Source: Perna viridis (lineage: Eukaryota). Taken from it: a DNA stretch of 64,000 nt. The DNA lies in assembly GCA_037379345.1 (NCBI GenBank), contig CM074513.1, positions 60,677,195-60,741,194 of the forward strand, read 5' to 3'. The notes below the pieces were generated by a model, which was not told the DNA's origin, searched no databases, and worked only from the letters and a program-made list of their open reading frames with translations. Both the position numbers and the translations under genes were made by a program. Below, one piece after another: positions 63,301 through 64,000 of the stretch (positions are counted from its first letter, which is position 1; every line of letters starts with the position of its first letter).

Positions 63301-64000
63301 AATAAGAATCATTCAAAAGGAGAAATATTTCAAAATATTCACATACCAAACTTTCTCCCTTTTCTAGTGACATGGTTCAATAAAGCTTTTAAGAATGAGT
63401 TTCCTGGAAGTAGATTCCTCAAATAACAGTAAACACACAGATCTTTTAAGTATCAGAATTATTTTTGTTGTGTCTGTAATTCTTATAAAAATAGCTTGAT
63501 ACAACTGCTGAGTTGAATCCTGAACAGTTGGGACAAGTGTGAACTTGATACAGCTCAGACAGACTTTTGACTGTGCTTAAATACTTGACACTAAATAGGT
63601 TTCTGATACAGAATGACAATATCAAAGAACTTGTATCATGACCTGTCAGATGAACCATCCTACACAACTTTGACCTGAACATATAGTATTGCCATAAGGA
63701 TTAGTTATCTTATTTGACTGAATGGAGGCAGATCAGCATGATGACAACTACTCACACAGATCTCTAGTTCACAACTAGAGCCTGATTAGCTTACTTGGGC
63801 AAAAACCTCCAAAAACTATAGGGCCCTCAAACATGTCCTTTGGAACAATGTTTTAAGTAGTACTCCAGCTAAGGATCATGCAAAATGTGATTCCTAGGTA
63901 AAAAGCCTACATATTTTTATTTTTGATATTTTGTTTGAAATGTCACAGTAAACAGAAATTAACATGTGGTTTTTCATATAACCCGTGTTCTTAGGAGATA

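Noticed and set aside
63440-63800. Further TACC exons near the right end
   Set aside because: Donor-like sites exist (~63751, ~63790), but I could not build an open, phase-consistent exon.

Overview
AT-rich eukaryotic (metazoan; repeat landscape looks bivalve/mollusc-like) genomic DNA with two convergent, intron-rich genes. On + lies a death-associated protein kinase 1 (DAPK1) orthologue: 16 GT-AG exons (6022-20643) encoding about 1054 aa of ankyrin repeats, ROC GTPase, COR and death domain. No kinase exon is present in the window. A 126-codon ATG-initiated acidic exon (1694-2071) splices in phase onto the ankyrin region, suggesting a kinase-less isoform. On - lies the 3' half of a TACC (transforming acidic coiled-coil) gene, with 11 phase-consistent exons from 55522 to the stop at 33565. 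Between the genes is a near-identical ~7.4 kb direct tandem duplication (17969-25362 / 25363-32765) carrying the last three DAPK exons and probably both 3' UTR ends. Copy 2 differs by an ATA/ATG substitution that gives it its own in-frame start codon for a 572-aa partial-ROC/COR/death-domain protein. The introns hold about 16 unrelated minisatellites (26-61 bp units), a Tc1/mariner-type MITE, Helentron/HINE-like and SINE-like repeats, and an unusual tRNA-Leu-derived ~408-bp unit. That unit occurs as a tandem flanked by inverted repeats and also as a circularly permuted insertion. All splice assignments were read by eye from the sequence; no database searches were run.
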